Source: an uncultured Alphaproteobacteria bacterium (lineage in GTDB: Bacteria; Pseudomonadota; Alphaproteobacteria; Rhizobiales; Beijerinckiaceae). Taken from it: a stretch of DNA of 64,000 nt. Below the pieces are notes generated by a model. It worked only from the letters and a program-made list of their open reading frames with translations, was not told the DNA's origin and ran no database searches. Within the stretch, counting starts at the first letter, position 1, and every line of letters begins with the position of its first letter. The position numbers and the translations under genes were made by a program. Shown here in pieces: positions 9,936-20,451 of the stretch. The DNA lies in NCBI GenBank assembly GCA_963784075.1, contig CAWAQW010000025.1, positions 30,230 through 94,229 on the forward strand, written 5' to 3'.

Positions 9936-11245
9936 TGTCTTGCTCAAAACTCCGAAAGGTCGAAAAAGTCTAGAGATTTTCACGCCATCGCCATACCGTC
10001 GTGGGCATGATTACAATTCTTTCCGCCCTCGTTTCCCTGCTCTCGTTCCGTGTTCGACGCCGCGCCTCACTGGAGCTTGAGCTCGTCGCCCTGCGACATC
10101 AGGTGACCGTCCTGCGGCGGCAACGCCCTGGTCAGCTTCGGCTCTTCTCCACCGACCGCCTCCTCTGGGTGTGGCTTTACCGGGTTTGGCCAAAGGTCCT
10201 CAACGCCATGGTGCTGGTCAAACCAGCAACGGTGGTCCGGTGGCATCGCAAAGGCTTCCGGCTCTATTGGCGGTGGCGATCACGCCGTCTGGGGCGGCCC
10301 CAAATGAGCCCCGAGATCCGTGATCTGATCCGCCGGATGAGCCTGGCCAATCCGCTGTGGGGCGCCCCTCGCATCCACGGCGAACTGCGCAAGCTCGGCA
10401 TCGAGGTCAGCCAAGCCACGGTCGGCAGATACCTGCCGTGGCGGCCCAAAGTCCCCTCCCCGACCTGGCGTAGCTTTCTGCACAACCACCTGACCGACAT
10501 TGCGGCGATCGACATGTTCGTTGTGGCAACCGCGACGTTTCGTCTTCTCTATGCCCTGATCGTCCTCGGACATGACCGAAGAAGAATCATCCATTTCGAG
10601 GTCACCCAAAATCCCACACAAGTCTGGCTATCGCGGCAAATCACCGAGGCCTTTCCCTGGGACACTGCGCCCCGCTATCTGCTGCGGGACCGGGACGCAT
10701 CCTATGGTCCGGCCTTTCGTGATCGCGTTCGGGGGATGGGCATCAAAGAGGTTGTTACCGCGCCGCGGTCACCCTGGCAGAATCCCTATGTCGAGCGCCT
10801 CATCGGCTCGATCCGCCGCGAATGTTTGGATCATGTCATCATCTTGAACGAGCATCACTTGCGCGGCGTCCTGTCGAAGTATTTTCACTACCATCACACG
10901 ACCAGAACGCATCTCTCGCTCAACAAGGATTGTCCGCAGCCTCGCCGCATACAATCTCCCTCTGCAGGCAAGATTGTTGCGTTCCCGGAGGTCGGTGGTC
11001 TGCATCATCGCTACGAACGTCGCGCCGCGTGAGCTATTGTGGCGACCGAACAGGCGGACCCGTTTCGGCGTGAAAGGCGGTTCCTTTTTATAACTGTATC
11101 GCTCGGGTGCAATGGCGCCCAGAACCCATGCATGGTGCCCACGTTGCAGCAGCGACCAATATTCTATTCGACTAATCAAAAATCATCGGTGGCGATCTTC
11201 ATCGACAAAGCGATTCCCAGCCGGATAGGTTTTTGAGCAGGGACA
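9936..11245 (+). mobile_element. Apparently complete IS with an rve/DDE integrase-core transposase
   Basis: Imperfect terminal IRs TGTCTTGCTCAAAA (9936) / TTTTGAGCAGGGACA (ends 11245) flank one transposase ORF. Confidence 0.75.
10001..11032 (+). CDS. Integrase-core-domain (DDE) transposase
   Basis: NPLWGAPRIHGELRKLG, AIDMF, RDRD, SPWQNPYVERLIGSIRRECLDH, GGLHHRYERRAA. Confidence 0.9.
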   Translation: MGMITILSALVSLLSFRVRRRASLELELVALRHQVTVLRRQRPGQLRLFSTDRLLWVWLYRVWPKVLNAMVLVKPATVVRWHRKGFRLYWRWRSRRLGRPQMSPEIRDLIRRMSLANPLWGAPRIHGELRKLGIEVSQATVGRYLPWRPKVPSPTWRSFLHNHLTDIAAIDMFVVATATFRLLYALIVLGHDRRRIIHFEVTQNPTQVWLSRQITEAFPWDTAPRYLLRDRDASYGPAFRDRVRGMGIKEVVTAPRSPWQNPYVERLIGSIRRECLDHVIILNEHHLRGVLSKYFHYHHTTRTHLSLNKDCPQPRRIQSPSAGKIVAFPEVGGLHHRYERRAA

Positions 11246-11332
11246 GGGGAAAGGCTGTAGCGGTCCTCCGCTACCCATCAACTAAATCAATGAGTTAGAT
11301 GATTCAATAACCCGCTACAGTCTTTCACCCCC
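11246..11332. repeat. MITE-like inverted-repeat element with a central IHF site
   Basis: GGGGAAAGGCTGTAGCGG ... CCGCTACAGTCTTTCACCCC; AATCAATGAGTTA (11285-11297) fits WATCAANNNNTTR. Confidence 0.55.
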
Positions 11333-11503
11333 ATTCTGCTATTCAGGTCGACGTTAGAGCGTTTTTCGCTCAGATTGCATCGTCAACCAGCAGCGGCGAA
11401 GACGCCTGCTGCTGGCGTAGATTCTCCAACGCTCGCTATGCGGTATGGCTCTGGTGGGTTGGCCAATGATCGGTGCGCAACCAAAATAAGCACGGCGACG
11501 ACG

Positions 11504-12358
11504 TTATTTTCTCGGCGCCGTTTCCTTCTTCTCCTCCAACTCGGCCGCATGATATTTGCGACGGATATCGGCAAGATCGACTATTGGCTTCGGAAACGAC
11601 ATGCCGATGTCTTCGGTGTCGGCGACAATTTGCGACACCGCCAGATTACGAAACCATTTATGGTTTGACGGGATCACAAACCAAGGCGCATGCTGCGCGC
11701 TGGTCGCACTCAACGCGTCTTCGAAAGCCGCGATATAGTCGTCCCAGAGCTCGCGTTCGGAATAGTCCGATTCGCTGATCTTCCCGTTGCGGGCCGGATC
11801 GTCGAGCCGCTGCTCAAAGCGCGCGAGCTGTTCCTCCTTGCCGATATGCGAGAAGAATTTCAAGATCTGGGTTCCACTCTCAAAAAGCTCGGTTTCGAAG
11901 TCGCGGATCCGATCATAACGCGCAGACCAGGTCGCTTTGTCGATCAACTTATGGACGCGCGTGACCAGCACATCCTCGTAATGCGAGCGGTTGAAGATCG
12001 ATACCCATCCCTTCGGTGGCGCATGCCGATGCACCCGCCAAAGAAAATCATGCTCAAGCTCCAATGCTGTCGGTTGCTTGAATCCGACCACCGAGGTGCC
12101 TTGGGGATTCAACGCAGTAAAGACATGGTTGACGGTCCCATCCTTGCCGCCGGCGTCGAGCGCCTGCAGGACAATAAGCAATGCGTGCTTCTTCTCAGCA
12201 TACATGAGGCTCTGTTGATAGGCGAGTTTCTGGCGGTAGTGCTCCAATTCCGGCGCGGCCGTCTCGTGTGTCTCATGGTGGCCTTTGAAGGCTGGATCAA
12301 GACGCTTCAGGTGGAGCTTTTGACCGGGCTCGACCAAGAACTGCTTGCGATAGTCCAT
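11504..12358 (-). CDS. ppk2: Polyphosphate kinase 2 family (single domain, class III-like)
   Basis: LIVLQALDAGGKDG, FKQPTALELEHDFLWR, IFNRSHYEDVL, PWFVIPSNHKWFRN; GGAGG RBS before ATG 12358. Confidence 0.9.
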   Translation of the reverse strand: MDYRKQFLVEPGQKLHLKRLDPAFKGHHETHETAAPELEHYRQKLAYQQSLMYAEKKHALLIVLQALDAGGKDGTVNHVFTALNPQGTSVVGFKQPTALELEHDFLWRVHRHAPPKGWVSIFNRSHYEDVLVTRVHKLIDKATWSARYDRIRDFETELFESGTQILKFFSHIGKEEQLARFEQRLDDPARNGKISESDYSERELWDDYIAAFEDALSATSAQHAPWFVIPSNHKWFRNLAVSQIVADTEDIGMSFPKPIVDLADIRRKYHAAELEEKKETAPRK

Positions 12359-12494
12359 GTTCGCCTCCGGCGCGGGATTGGTCAGGCGATCTCGAAACCA
12401 GAGCGAGGCTTTCGTTCCTACAATCACGGACACTACCAAGAGAGCATCAACAATCTGTCGCCCGCTGATGTCTCTTTTGGGTCACGGTGAGAAG

Positions 12495-12625
12495 AACTCG
12501 TACGAAGCGATGCACGCTCGCGCCGTCATAACCGCGCCCGCGCAGCTCCTCGACCAGGCGCTGGGTCGACTGGCGTTCCCGTCGCGGCTGCGGCGACGGG
12601 GTCGGGCGCTGTCGCGACAACTGCA
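12495..12625 (-). mobile_element. IS21-family IstA transposase fragment
   Basis: PRRERQSTQRLVEELRGRGYDGASVHRFVR resembles the IstA HTH segment. Confidence 0.55.
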
Positions 12626-13036
12626 GTGTCGAACAAAAGGGTGTGCCAAGCAACCTCACCCACGTGGCGCTTGAAGCCGCCAAAACAGCCGTGGCAGTCG
12701 CACTGGAAATTCTCGACACGGAAGTCCCATGGCTGGCGAGCACTAGCGCCACGACGTTCACCGGGCTCAAGCTGAAGGCGTCATATGCTTCCATTGAAGG
12801 CGCGCTTGCCAACAGCATCGTCGAAGACATGTTGCAACTTTAGGAGCGGGAAACCATGCTCATTTACTTTTAGATTTAAAATCCGCTGGCGATTGACAAA
12901 TTCGGACGGGAAGCGGCCGGGGCTGTCAAGTGGCGGGGGCCTATAGGGGTAGTCACCGAGATCGTTCCCCGGTCTGCGTTCAACCTCCGGCATTGTCCAC
13001 GGACCCATGCCCTAAGCGGGCGAAAAATTGTCCGGC

Positions 13037-13195
13037 AAGGACTGGACTTCTTCTGGGAACAGAGCCTCACTGGTCCGACTGCTGGGAGCGCCAAAAGCTC
13101 TCCCGGGATCCCGCCCCGCCGGCTCCATCGCTTGTGCGGGGCTTCGGTGGTGGCGGCGCAAAAGGGCCGCTTCAACCCAACAAGGGATCCCAACC
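13037..13195 (+). promoter_or_regulatory. Conserved promoter and structured 5' leader of DUF3489 (copy 1)
   Basis: Shares TGGACTTC..GAGC.TCACTG, CCGGGATCC.GCCCCGC...GCGGGGCTTCGGTGGTG and a downstream GGATCC with 16841-16999. Confidence 0.65.
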
Positions 13196-13477
13196 ATGTC
13201 TCTCAAGAAGCTGCCATCAAACAACCCCCGCCGGACGGACTCAAAGCAGGCTCAGGTGCTTGCGATGCTCCACAGCAAACAGGGCGCGACCATTGCCACC
13301 ATAATGGGGGCAACTGGCTGGCAGCCCCACTCAGTCCGCGGCTTTTTGACAGCGGTGGTGCGTAAAAAGCTCGGCATGACGCTTGTCTCCGAGAAGACTG
13401 GCGAAGAGCGCGTCTATCGCGTCATCGTGAATAATATCCCCCCGAAGCGCAAAGGCAGACCGGGTCGCAAGGCGTAA
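13196..13477 (+). CDS. DUF3489 wHTH-like protein (module 1)
   Basis: [10 protein letters not shown]...[22 protein letters not shown]...[11 protein letters not shown]...RVYR. Confidence 0.88.
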   Translation: MSLKKLPSNNPRRTDSKQAQVLAMLHSKQGATIATIMGATGWQPHSVRGFLTAVVRKKLGMTLVSEKTGEERVYRVIVNNIPPKRKGRPGRKA

Positions 13478-13482
13478 TCAGC

Positions 13483-14076
13483 ATGCCTCGCCTATCAATC
13501 GATCGCGAGGCAATCGAAGCTGAGATCGACCGCGTGAGGTCGCTCGGCGTTGATTCGCTTCGGACCCTATGGCGCACGACCTTCCGGTCGTCTCCGCCGC
13601 CGGCCTTCAGCAAGGACATCCTGGCGCGGTTCCTCTGCTGGCACATTCAGGAGCAGGCCTTCGGCGGGCTGGATCCCAAGACCGCAAAGCATCTCTGCGG
13701 CTTCGCGCGGGGCGACCGGTCAGGAGCCGATCGCCCTCGGCGGCTCAAAGCCGGCACTGTGCTCCTGCGCGAATACCAGGGCGAGCGGCACACCGTCACG
13801 GTCGTTGCAAAGGGCTATATCTGGCGCGAGGCGACCTATGCCAGCCTCTCCAGCATCGCGCGAGCGATCACCGGTACGGCCTGGAACGGCCCGCGCTTTT
13901 TTGGTCTCCGGATCGACAAGGGGACCACGGTTTCACCGGATGCAGCCGACGCGTCGCCGGGAGCGCCCAACGGGCGACAGGATTCAGGAACCAGGCCACG
14001 GCCGACCGCCGTGACACAACGTCCGAGCGAGAAATCCGCTGCCGTTCCCCTTCACGGCGTGGAGCGCGGATCATGA
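13483..14076 (+). CDS. DUF2924 protein (module 1)
   Basis: IQEQAFGGL, GTVLLREYQGERHTVTV, YASLSSIARAITGTAWNGPRFFGL. Confidence 0.88.
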   Translation: MPRLSIDREAIEAEIDRVRSLGVDSLRTLWRTTFRSSPPPAFSKDILARFLCWHIQEQAFGGLDPKTAKHLCGFARGDRSGADRPRRLKAGTVLLREYQGERHTVTVVAKGYIWREATYASLSSIARAITGTAWNGPRFFGLRIDKGTTVSPDAADASPGAPNGRQDSGTRPRPTAVTQRPSEKSAAVPLHGVERGS

Positions 14077-15723
14077 AGCCGGCCGTTCCCAAACCCCAGC
14101 GCTGCGCGATCTACACCCGCAAATCGACCGAGCATAATCTCGATCTCGAATTCAACTCGCTCGATGCCCAGAGGGAAGCCTGCGAGGCCTATATCAAAAG
14201 CCAGGCCCATGAGGGCTGGCGGCTCATCCCCGATCACTACGACGACGGCGGCCTCTCGGGGGCCTCCCTCGACCGCCCGGCATTGCAAAACCTCTTGGCC
14301 GATGTCCGGGCCGGCAAGATCACCGTCGTCGTGGTCTATAAGGTCGATCGCCTGACCCGCTCGCTCGCCGATTTCGCCAAGCTGGTCGAGCTGTTCGATC
14401 AGTACGGGGTGTCTTTCGTGTCAATCACCCAGTCGTTCAACACGACTTCCAGCATGGGCCGGCTCACCCTCAATGTGCTGCTCTCCTTTGCCCAGTTCGA
14501 GCGCGAGGTGATCGGCGAGCGGGTGCGTGACAAGATCGCGGCCTCGAAACGCAAGGGCCTCTGGGTCGGCGGACCCGTTCCGCTCGGCTATCGCTGCCTC
14601 GACAAGAAGCTCGAAATCGTGCCGGAAGAAGCGGACGCGGTCCGCACCATCTTCTCTCTCTATCTCGAGCTCGGCTCCATGGGCGCTTTGATTGCAGAGC
14701 TCGACCGGCGGAGCATCCGGACCAAAGTCAATGGCCGCCGCGACGGCCGCCAAAGCGGCGGCATCCGCTTTGGCGTGGGGCCGCTCGCCCATCTCATTAA
14801 GAACCGGTTCTACATCGGCGAGGTCACCTACCGGGGAGAGGTGCATCGGGGCGAGCATGAGGCGATCCTTTGCCGCGACTTGTTCGAGGCCGTGCAGGAA
14901 AAGCTCGCCGCCAACGCCGTCGCCCGGCAGGTCCGGCTCAAGGGCTCTGCTGCGCTCCTAACCGGCCGCCTCTTCGACGATCGCGGCAATCGCATGAGCC
15001 CGACGCATGCGAACAAGAAAGGCGCGCGCTACCGGTATTATGTCTCGCAGGCGCTCCTGCAGAATCGCAAGGCAGAAGCCGGCAGCATCGCTCGGGTGCC
15101 GGCTCCCGAGACCGAGAAGCTCGTGTGCGACGGAGTCCGCCGGCACCTTGCAGCGGGGAAAGAGCCGCCGGCCGTCCTTGCAGACCGCGAGCTGATCGAA
15201 CGCCATGTCGCGCGCGTGGTGGTCAAGCCTCAGACATTGGACATCGGCCTCATTCCCACAAGTGAGGCATCGGCGCAATCCGAAAACCCCAGCCTCACTG
15301 ATTCGGCTCCCAATCTCCATTCGCCGACCATGATCGCCCTTCGCTGGACGGCGCCAAGCTTCGCGGCCAAGAAGGGCATCCTTCATGAGCCTAGCACAAA
15401 GCCAACGATGAAATCCCGAAAGCCGGGACACCTTGCTTACCGCCATTGCCAAGGCCCGGGGATGGATCGACGATATCCGGCTCGGCCGCATCGCCTCCTT
15501 CGCCGGGATTGCCCAACGGGAGGCCGTGGGCGAACGGCACATCCGCCTACTCGCACCTCTCGCCTTCCTTTCACCTCGCATCATCGCAGCGATCGCCGAT
15601 GGCACAGCGCCGGCGGATCTCACGGTCACCGGCCTTGCCAAAGCCCTGCCGTATTCCTGGGCCGAGCAGGAGCGGCGCAATCTTGCGAAACACCTAGAGC
15701 TCAGCGAACCCGCGGGAAATTAG
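14073..15723 (+). CDS. Large serine recombinase (module 1; frameshift near 15420)
   Basis: [11 protein letters not shown] (catalytic Ser), [47 protein letters not shown]; C-terminus in 15433..15723. Confidence 0.9.
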
Positions 15724-15750
15724 GGCGTTCAATGGACCGGACAACGTTCT

Positions 15751-16447
15751 ATGACAGCAGCAGTCCTGATCACCGGCGCCAATCGTGGGCTCGGCTTCGA
15801 ATTTGCCCGTCAGTACGTAACTGACGGGTGACGCGTATTTACCGCCTGCCGCAACCCAGCGACTGCCGGCGAGCTTAGATGCTTGGCGCAAGACAGAAGG
15901 GGCAGGCTCAACGTCATTGCAATGGATGTGGCCGATGCCGAAAGCGTCAAGAACGCCGCAACGCAACTCAAGGACGTCGCCATAGACGTGCTCATCAACA
16001 GCGGGGATCGCCGGTGTGCCGGGGCAGAAGACCGGCAATGTCAATTACGAATCCTGGGCTCAGGTCTTCGACGTGAACACCATGGGTCCTCTGCGGGTGC
16101 TCGAGTCCTTTAGCGATCACATAGCCGGGAGTGAGCGAAGGCTGGTGGTCACCATCACGAGCGGCATGGGCTCGCTCGCCGAAAATACGTCTGGCGGCTC
16201 CATCGCCTATCGCAGCTCCAAGGCGGCCGTGAATATGGTGATGCGAAGCGCTGCGATCGATTTGGCGCCGCGCGGCATCACTTGTGTTTTGGTCAATCCT
16301 GGATGGGTCAGGACCGATATGGGCGGCCCCAAGGCAGCGTTGTCGCCGCAGGAGAGCGTGACTGCCGTGCGGCGGCTCATCGAGACTTTAGGTCCAGATC
16401 AATCGGGTAAGTTCTACAACTACGACGGTCGCGAATATCCGTGGTGA
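15751..16447 (+). pseudogene. SDR oxidoreductase (CsgA/C-factor-like) with internal TGA and frameshift
   Basis: MTAAVLITGANRGLGFEFARQY..DG* then YRSSKAA and NPGWVRTDMGG. Confidence 0.8.
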
Positions 16448-16730
16448 AGGGAGCGCGGCGCAGTCGGAACCCGCAGAATGGATACGTTTCCCGAGTCGCG
16501 CCCGTTTCCCCCACGGACGAGAACCGGTCTCCATCACAGTCGAACCTGTCTCCGCCATGCCGAAACGGAAATTGGAAAATAGCTCGCAGAGACTGGCGCC
16601 CTAAACCCGCCCCCAAAGGACCGAAATGCCAGAAATTGCCGGCCAGAGACTAAGTGCGCATCGGCCTAACCCGCGGAGATATCAGCGGTTCTCTCCAACC
16701 GGGAAAAATCAGCCCAGAGACCCGACTGCT

Positions 16731-16754
16731 TGGCTGCCCAGAGAGGATTCGAAC
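16731..16754 (-). other. tRNA-3'-end-like att motif after recombinase module 1
   Basis: TGGCTG-cccagaga-GGATTCGAAC; minus strand reads GTTCGAATCC...CAGCCA. Confidence 0.7.
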
Positions 16755-16840
16755 TCTTGAATCCAGAGACGCGCGACCGGCCCCTGGCAAGGGCTTGACC
16801 GCAAACGCTGGGGCGATTGGCGCTTAATTTTCCTCGCAGA

Positions 16841-16999
16841 AAGGAGTGGACTTCTGCGGCGAAGGGAGCGTCACTGTCGCCATGCCGAGATAAGGGCCGG
16901 TTGGCCCCATCCGGGATCCTGCCCCGCTGGCGATGGTGCCACTGCGGGGCTTCGGTGGTGACGGCGCCTGGTGCCGTCGCAACCGAAAAGGATCCGCAA
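16841..16999 (+). promoter_or_regulatory. Conserved promoter and structured 5' leader of DUF3489 (copy 2)
   Basis: Same motif blocks as 13037-13195, with compensatory base changes. Confidence 0.65.
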
Positions 17000-17349
17000 A
17001 TGTCGCACAGCAAAACCCCCACAAAGACCAAGATTGTCACGCGCCAAGAGCCACTCGAAAAGGCCTGCGAAGCCCGGAAGCGTTCCTTCGGGTTCGACCC
17101 GCAGCGGGACCAAGCAGGAGGCCGTCCTTGCTTTGCTGAGACAGCCCAAGGGGACAACGATCGCCGCCATCATGAAGGCGACGGGCTGGCAGGAGCACTC
17201 GGTCCGCGGCTTCTTTGCCGCCGTGGTGCGCAAGAAGCTCGGCTTGACGCTGCTATCGGAGAAGATCGGAGGCGAACGCGTTTATCGTGTGCATGGCCGG
17301 ACAGCCGCCCAAATCGAAGCCGAAGATCTCCGCACAACCGGCCGCCTAG
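17000..17349 (+). CDS. DUF3489 protein (module 2; frameshifted)
   Basis: [46 protein letters not shown]. Confidence 0.85.
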
Positions 17350-17351
17350 CC

Positions 17352-17828
17352 ATGGCTGCGGTGGACACACGAGCGATCGAGGGCGAGATCGATCGCATTC
17401 GGTCGCTCGGCCTCGAGGAATTGCGGCGCGAATGGCGGCGGCTCAACCACGCTGAACCGCCGCGGATCAGTCGCGACCTGCTTGTCCTTGCGCTCGGTTA
17501 CAGACTTCAGGAAATCGCGCACGGCGGGCTCGGCAAGGCGACCCGGCGCAAGCTGCAAACGATGGCGAAGGCCTTGCGGACAACGGGCCGGGTTGGCCCG
17601 ACGCCGAGCCTCAGCCTGAAGCCCGGCGCGCGTCTCGTTCGGGAATGGCGCGGCCGTACGCACACCGTCACGGTCACGGAAGATGGGTTCGAGTATGCCG
17701 GGACGAACTATCCGTCCCTGACCACGATCGCCAAAAAGATCACCGGAGCGCACTGGTCGGGTCCGCGCTTCTTTGGGCTGCCAGCGGCCGGTGCGGAGCG
17801 TCCGAGCCATGGGGGGCGCGATGGGTGA
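17352..17828 (+). CDS. DUF2924 protein (module 2)
   Basis: [52 protein letters not shown]. Confidence 0.88.
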   Translation: MAAVDTRAIEGEIDRIRSLGLEELRREWRRLNHAEPPRISRDLLVLALGYRLQEIAHGGLGKATRRKLQTMAKALRTTGRVGPTPSLSLKPGARLVREWRGRTHTVTVTEDGFEYAGTNYPSLTTIAKKITGAHWSGPRFFGLPAAGAERPSHGGRDG

Positions 17829-19567
17829 ATCGGACAAGACGCCGCGACGCTCCGCCAAAAAGGCACGCTGTGCGATTTACACCCGAAAATCGTCGGAGGA
17901 AGGGCTGGAGCAGGCCTTCAACTCGCTCGACGCCCAGCGGGAAGCCTGCGCCGCCTTCATTCTCTCGCAAAAGCACGAGGGCTGGACGGTGGTGCCGACG
18001 CTCTATGATGATGGCGGGTTTTCCGGCGGCACGATGGAGCGCCCTGCCCTGAAAAGGCTGATCGCCGATATCGAGGCAGGCCAGATCGACGTGGTCGTCG
18101 TCTATAAGGTCGACCGGCTGACGCGCGCGCTCTCCGATTTTGCCAAGCTCGTCGAGGTCTTCGACCGCCGCGGCGTCTCGTTCGTGTCGATCACCCAGCA
18201 ATTCAACACCACCACCAGCATGGGACGGCTGACGCTGAATGTCCTTTTGTCCTTCGCCCAGTTCGAGCGGGAAGTCACCGGCGAACGCATCCGCGACAAG
18301 GTCGCCGCGTCCAAGAAAAAGGGCATGTGGATGGGCGGCATGCCGCCCCTCGGTTATGACGTGAAAAACCGCAAGCTCATCGTCAACGACGCCGAGGCCC
18401 GCATCGTTGTCGATATCTACCGGCGCTATCTCGCGCTCAAGTCGGTTCACGCGCTGCGGGACGAGCTTGCCGACGCCGGGATCAAGAGCAAGCGCCGCAT
18501 GCGGCCCGACGGCGCCGCATATGGGGGCCAGACGTTCTCCCGCGGGGCGCTTTATCTGATCCTTCAGAACCGTCTTTACCGCGGCGAGATCCCACACAAA
18601 GGCAATTCCTATCCCGGAGAACACCCGGCGATTGTCGACAAGCCGTTGTGGGACGAGGTCCAGGCCGTGCTGGCCGCAAACCGCGTGGAGCGGGCAACGG
18701 GAGTCGCGCGCAAGGCACCCCAGCCTGCTGACCGGCATGGTTTTTGACGAGACCGGCGAGCGCCTGACGCCAACCTATGCGGTCAAGAAGGGAACACGCT
18801 ATCGGTACTATGTTTCGACCTCCCTCGTCACCGGGGCGGGAAGGAACCGTTCAAGCGGCCGGCGGATACCGGCCGGCAATTTGGAAGGCCTGGTGATCAA
18901 CAGGCTGCGCACATTTCTCGCCGACCCTGGAGCGATCCTCGATGCCGTCGACAACGAATCGCACAACGGTTCAGGACGCAGCCAACTGATCGAACGCGGC
19001 CGTCAGCTCGCGGAAGACCTCGGAGGCCGACGCGACCAGACAAAGTCAAAGCGATGCTCATGACCCTGCTCTGCCGGGTGGAAATCAGATCCGATCGCGT
19101 CGACATCACGCTCTCTCGCTGTCGGCTTATCGAGCTGCTGGCCGGGACGATTGATCTGACAGATGCAGCATCAAGCACCGACGAATGCACCCGATGATCT
19201 TCTGAGGTTGACGGTGCCGGTGGGCCTGAAGCGCGTCGGTCGCGAAATGCGCATGCTGGTCGAGAATGCCGATGATCAGACGGCAGCCGATCCGAGCTTG
19301 CTCAGGATCCTTGCTCGCGCCCACCACATCCAAACGCGCCTGATCCAAAACCCCAAGCTGACCGTGCATGATATCGCTCGCGAGGAACACGTGTCGGCAG
19401 CCTACCTCTATACCCTCCTGCGTCTTCCCTGGCTGGCGCCCGACATCACCACGGCCATCGTCAACGGCCGAAAGCCGCCGCAACTCACCGCCCAGACATT
19501 GATGCGCCTGACGCCGCGGCTGCCGGCCGACTGGGCTGAACAGCGAAAGCTGCTCGGCTTCCGCTGA
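17821..19567 (+). CDS. Large serine recombinase (module 2; several frameshifts)
   Basis: [42 protein letters not shown]; continues in 18632..19063 and 19163..19567 ([13 protein letters not shown]...[14 protein letters not shown]). Confidence 0.9.
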
Positions 19568-19809
19568 GAACAAATCGCCATTTCTGCGCGAGTTCCCGCC
19601 TCCAATCCCCTTTGGCTTCGCCTGACGTCAGCTGCTCCGCCCGCGAAAAAAGTCAACCACGAAATGGCGCCGGAGAGATTTTCATGACGGCCGCGGCCGA
19701 AATCGCGCGTGAAACCGTCTCTGCCGCAAATCGCTTTGGAACACGAGACCAGTAAACCCCGCAAATTCGCGAGAAAATAGGCTTCCTAGAAAGACAAAAA
19801 CAACTGCAA

Positions 19810-19822
19810 TATCAAGTACTTA
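19810..19822 (+). promoter_or_regulatory. IHF-binding consensus next to att motif 2
   Basis: TATCAAGTACTTA = WATCAANNNNTTR. Confidence 0.5.
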
Positions 19823-19827
19823 ATAAC

Positions 19828-19851
19828 TGGCTGAGCAAACAGGATTCGAAC
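19828..19851 (-). other. tRNA-3'-end-like att motif after recombinase module 2
   Basis: TGGCTG-agcaaaca-GGATTCGAAC. Confidence 0.7.
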
Positions 19852-20451
19852 CAGAGCATGCACTTTATATGCATCGCTTTTAGTCGACGAAAAACGCGAG
19901 CGAATTTGCGTCGCGCTCGAAGCGGTGAGTTCGCGGCCAGAAATTCGAGGTCGGGGGAAGGCGCGCCGGTCGTTATTCCGACCAGGTTTACAGAGGACGT
20001 GCGAGCGGATTTCAGGGCGCAGAACCGACTGGACTTCCGCCGCATAGTACGCATTGGTGTTGTCATGGGCTGGCCGAGCCCGAGCCGCCCAGATTTGACA
20101 CTGCATCCAATCGGCCAGGATGTGTATCGGATTGTGAAAATTCTGGTTGCGATTATCGCGTGCACGCTGTCAATTGTCCCATGAGGTGCTGGCCGGTCGG
20201 CGAATCTCCGATCCCTGATGGAAAGAATTACCTTAGAAGCTTTGCTTTAAAGGCCTCGCGATCAGTGTGCAGATTCGAGGGAACTAATCGGCATCAAAAA
20301 AAGCGGGGGGCTGCCCGCGCATGAAATCATCTCAGATCCCCCGATCCGGCATTTCCCACAGCAAAGCGACTAACGCCGCTGGCCGGCCGAGATCGACGGG
20401 TCACTGGACCGACCGATCAATCGCCGGACTTCCGCGAGAGGAGTGCGCCCC

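Noticed and set aside
13569-14072. 751-aa ORF suggesting an N-terminally extended recombinase
   Set aside because: The extension overlaps DUF2924 in another frame; the real start is ATG 14073 and the ORF tail is a post-frameshift artefact
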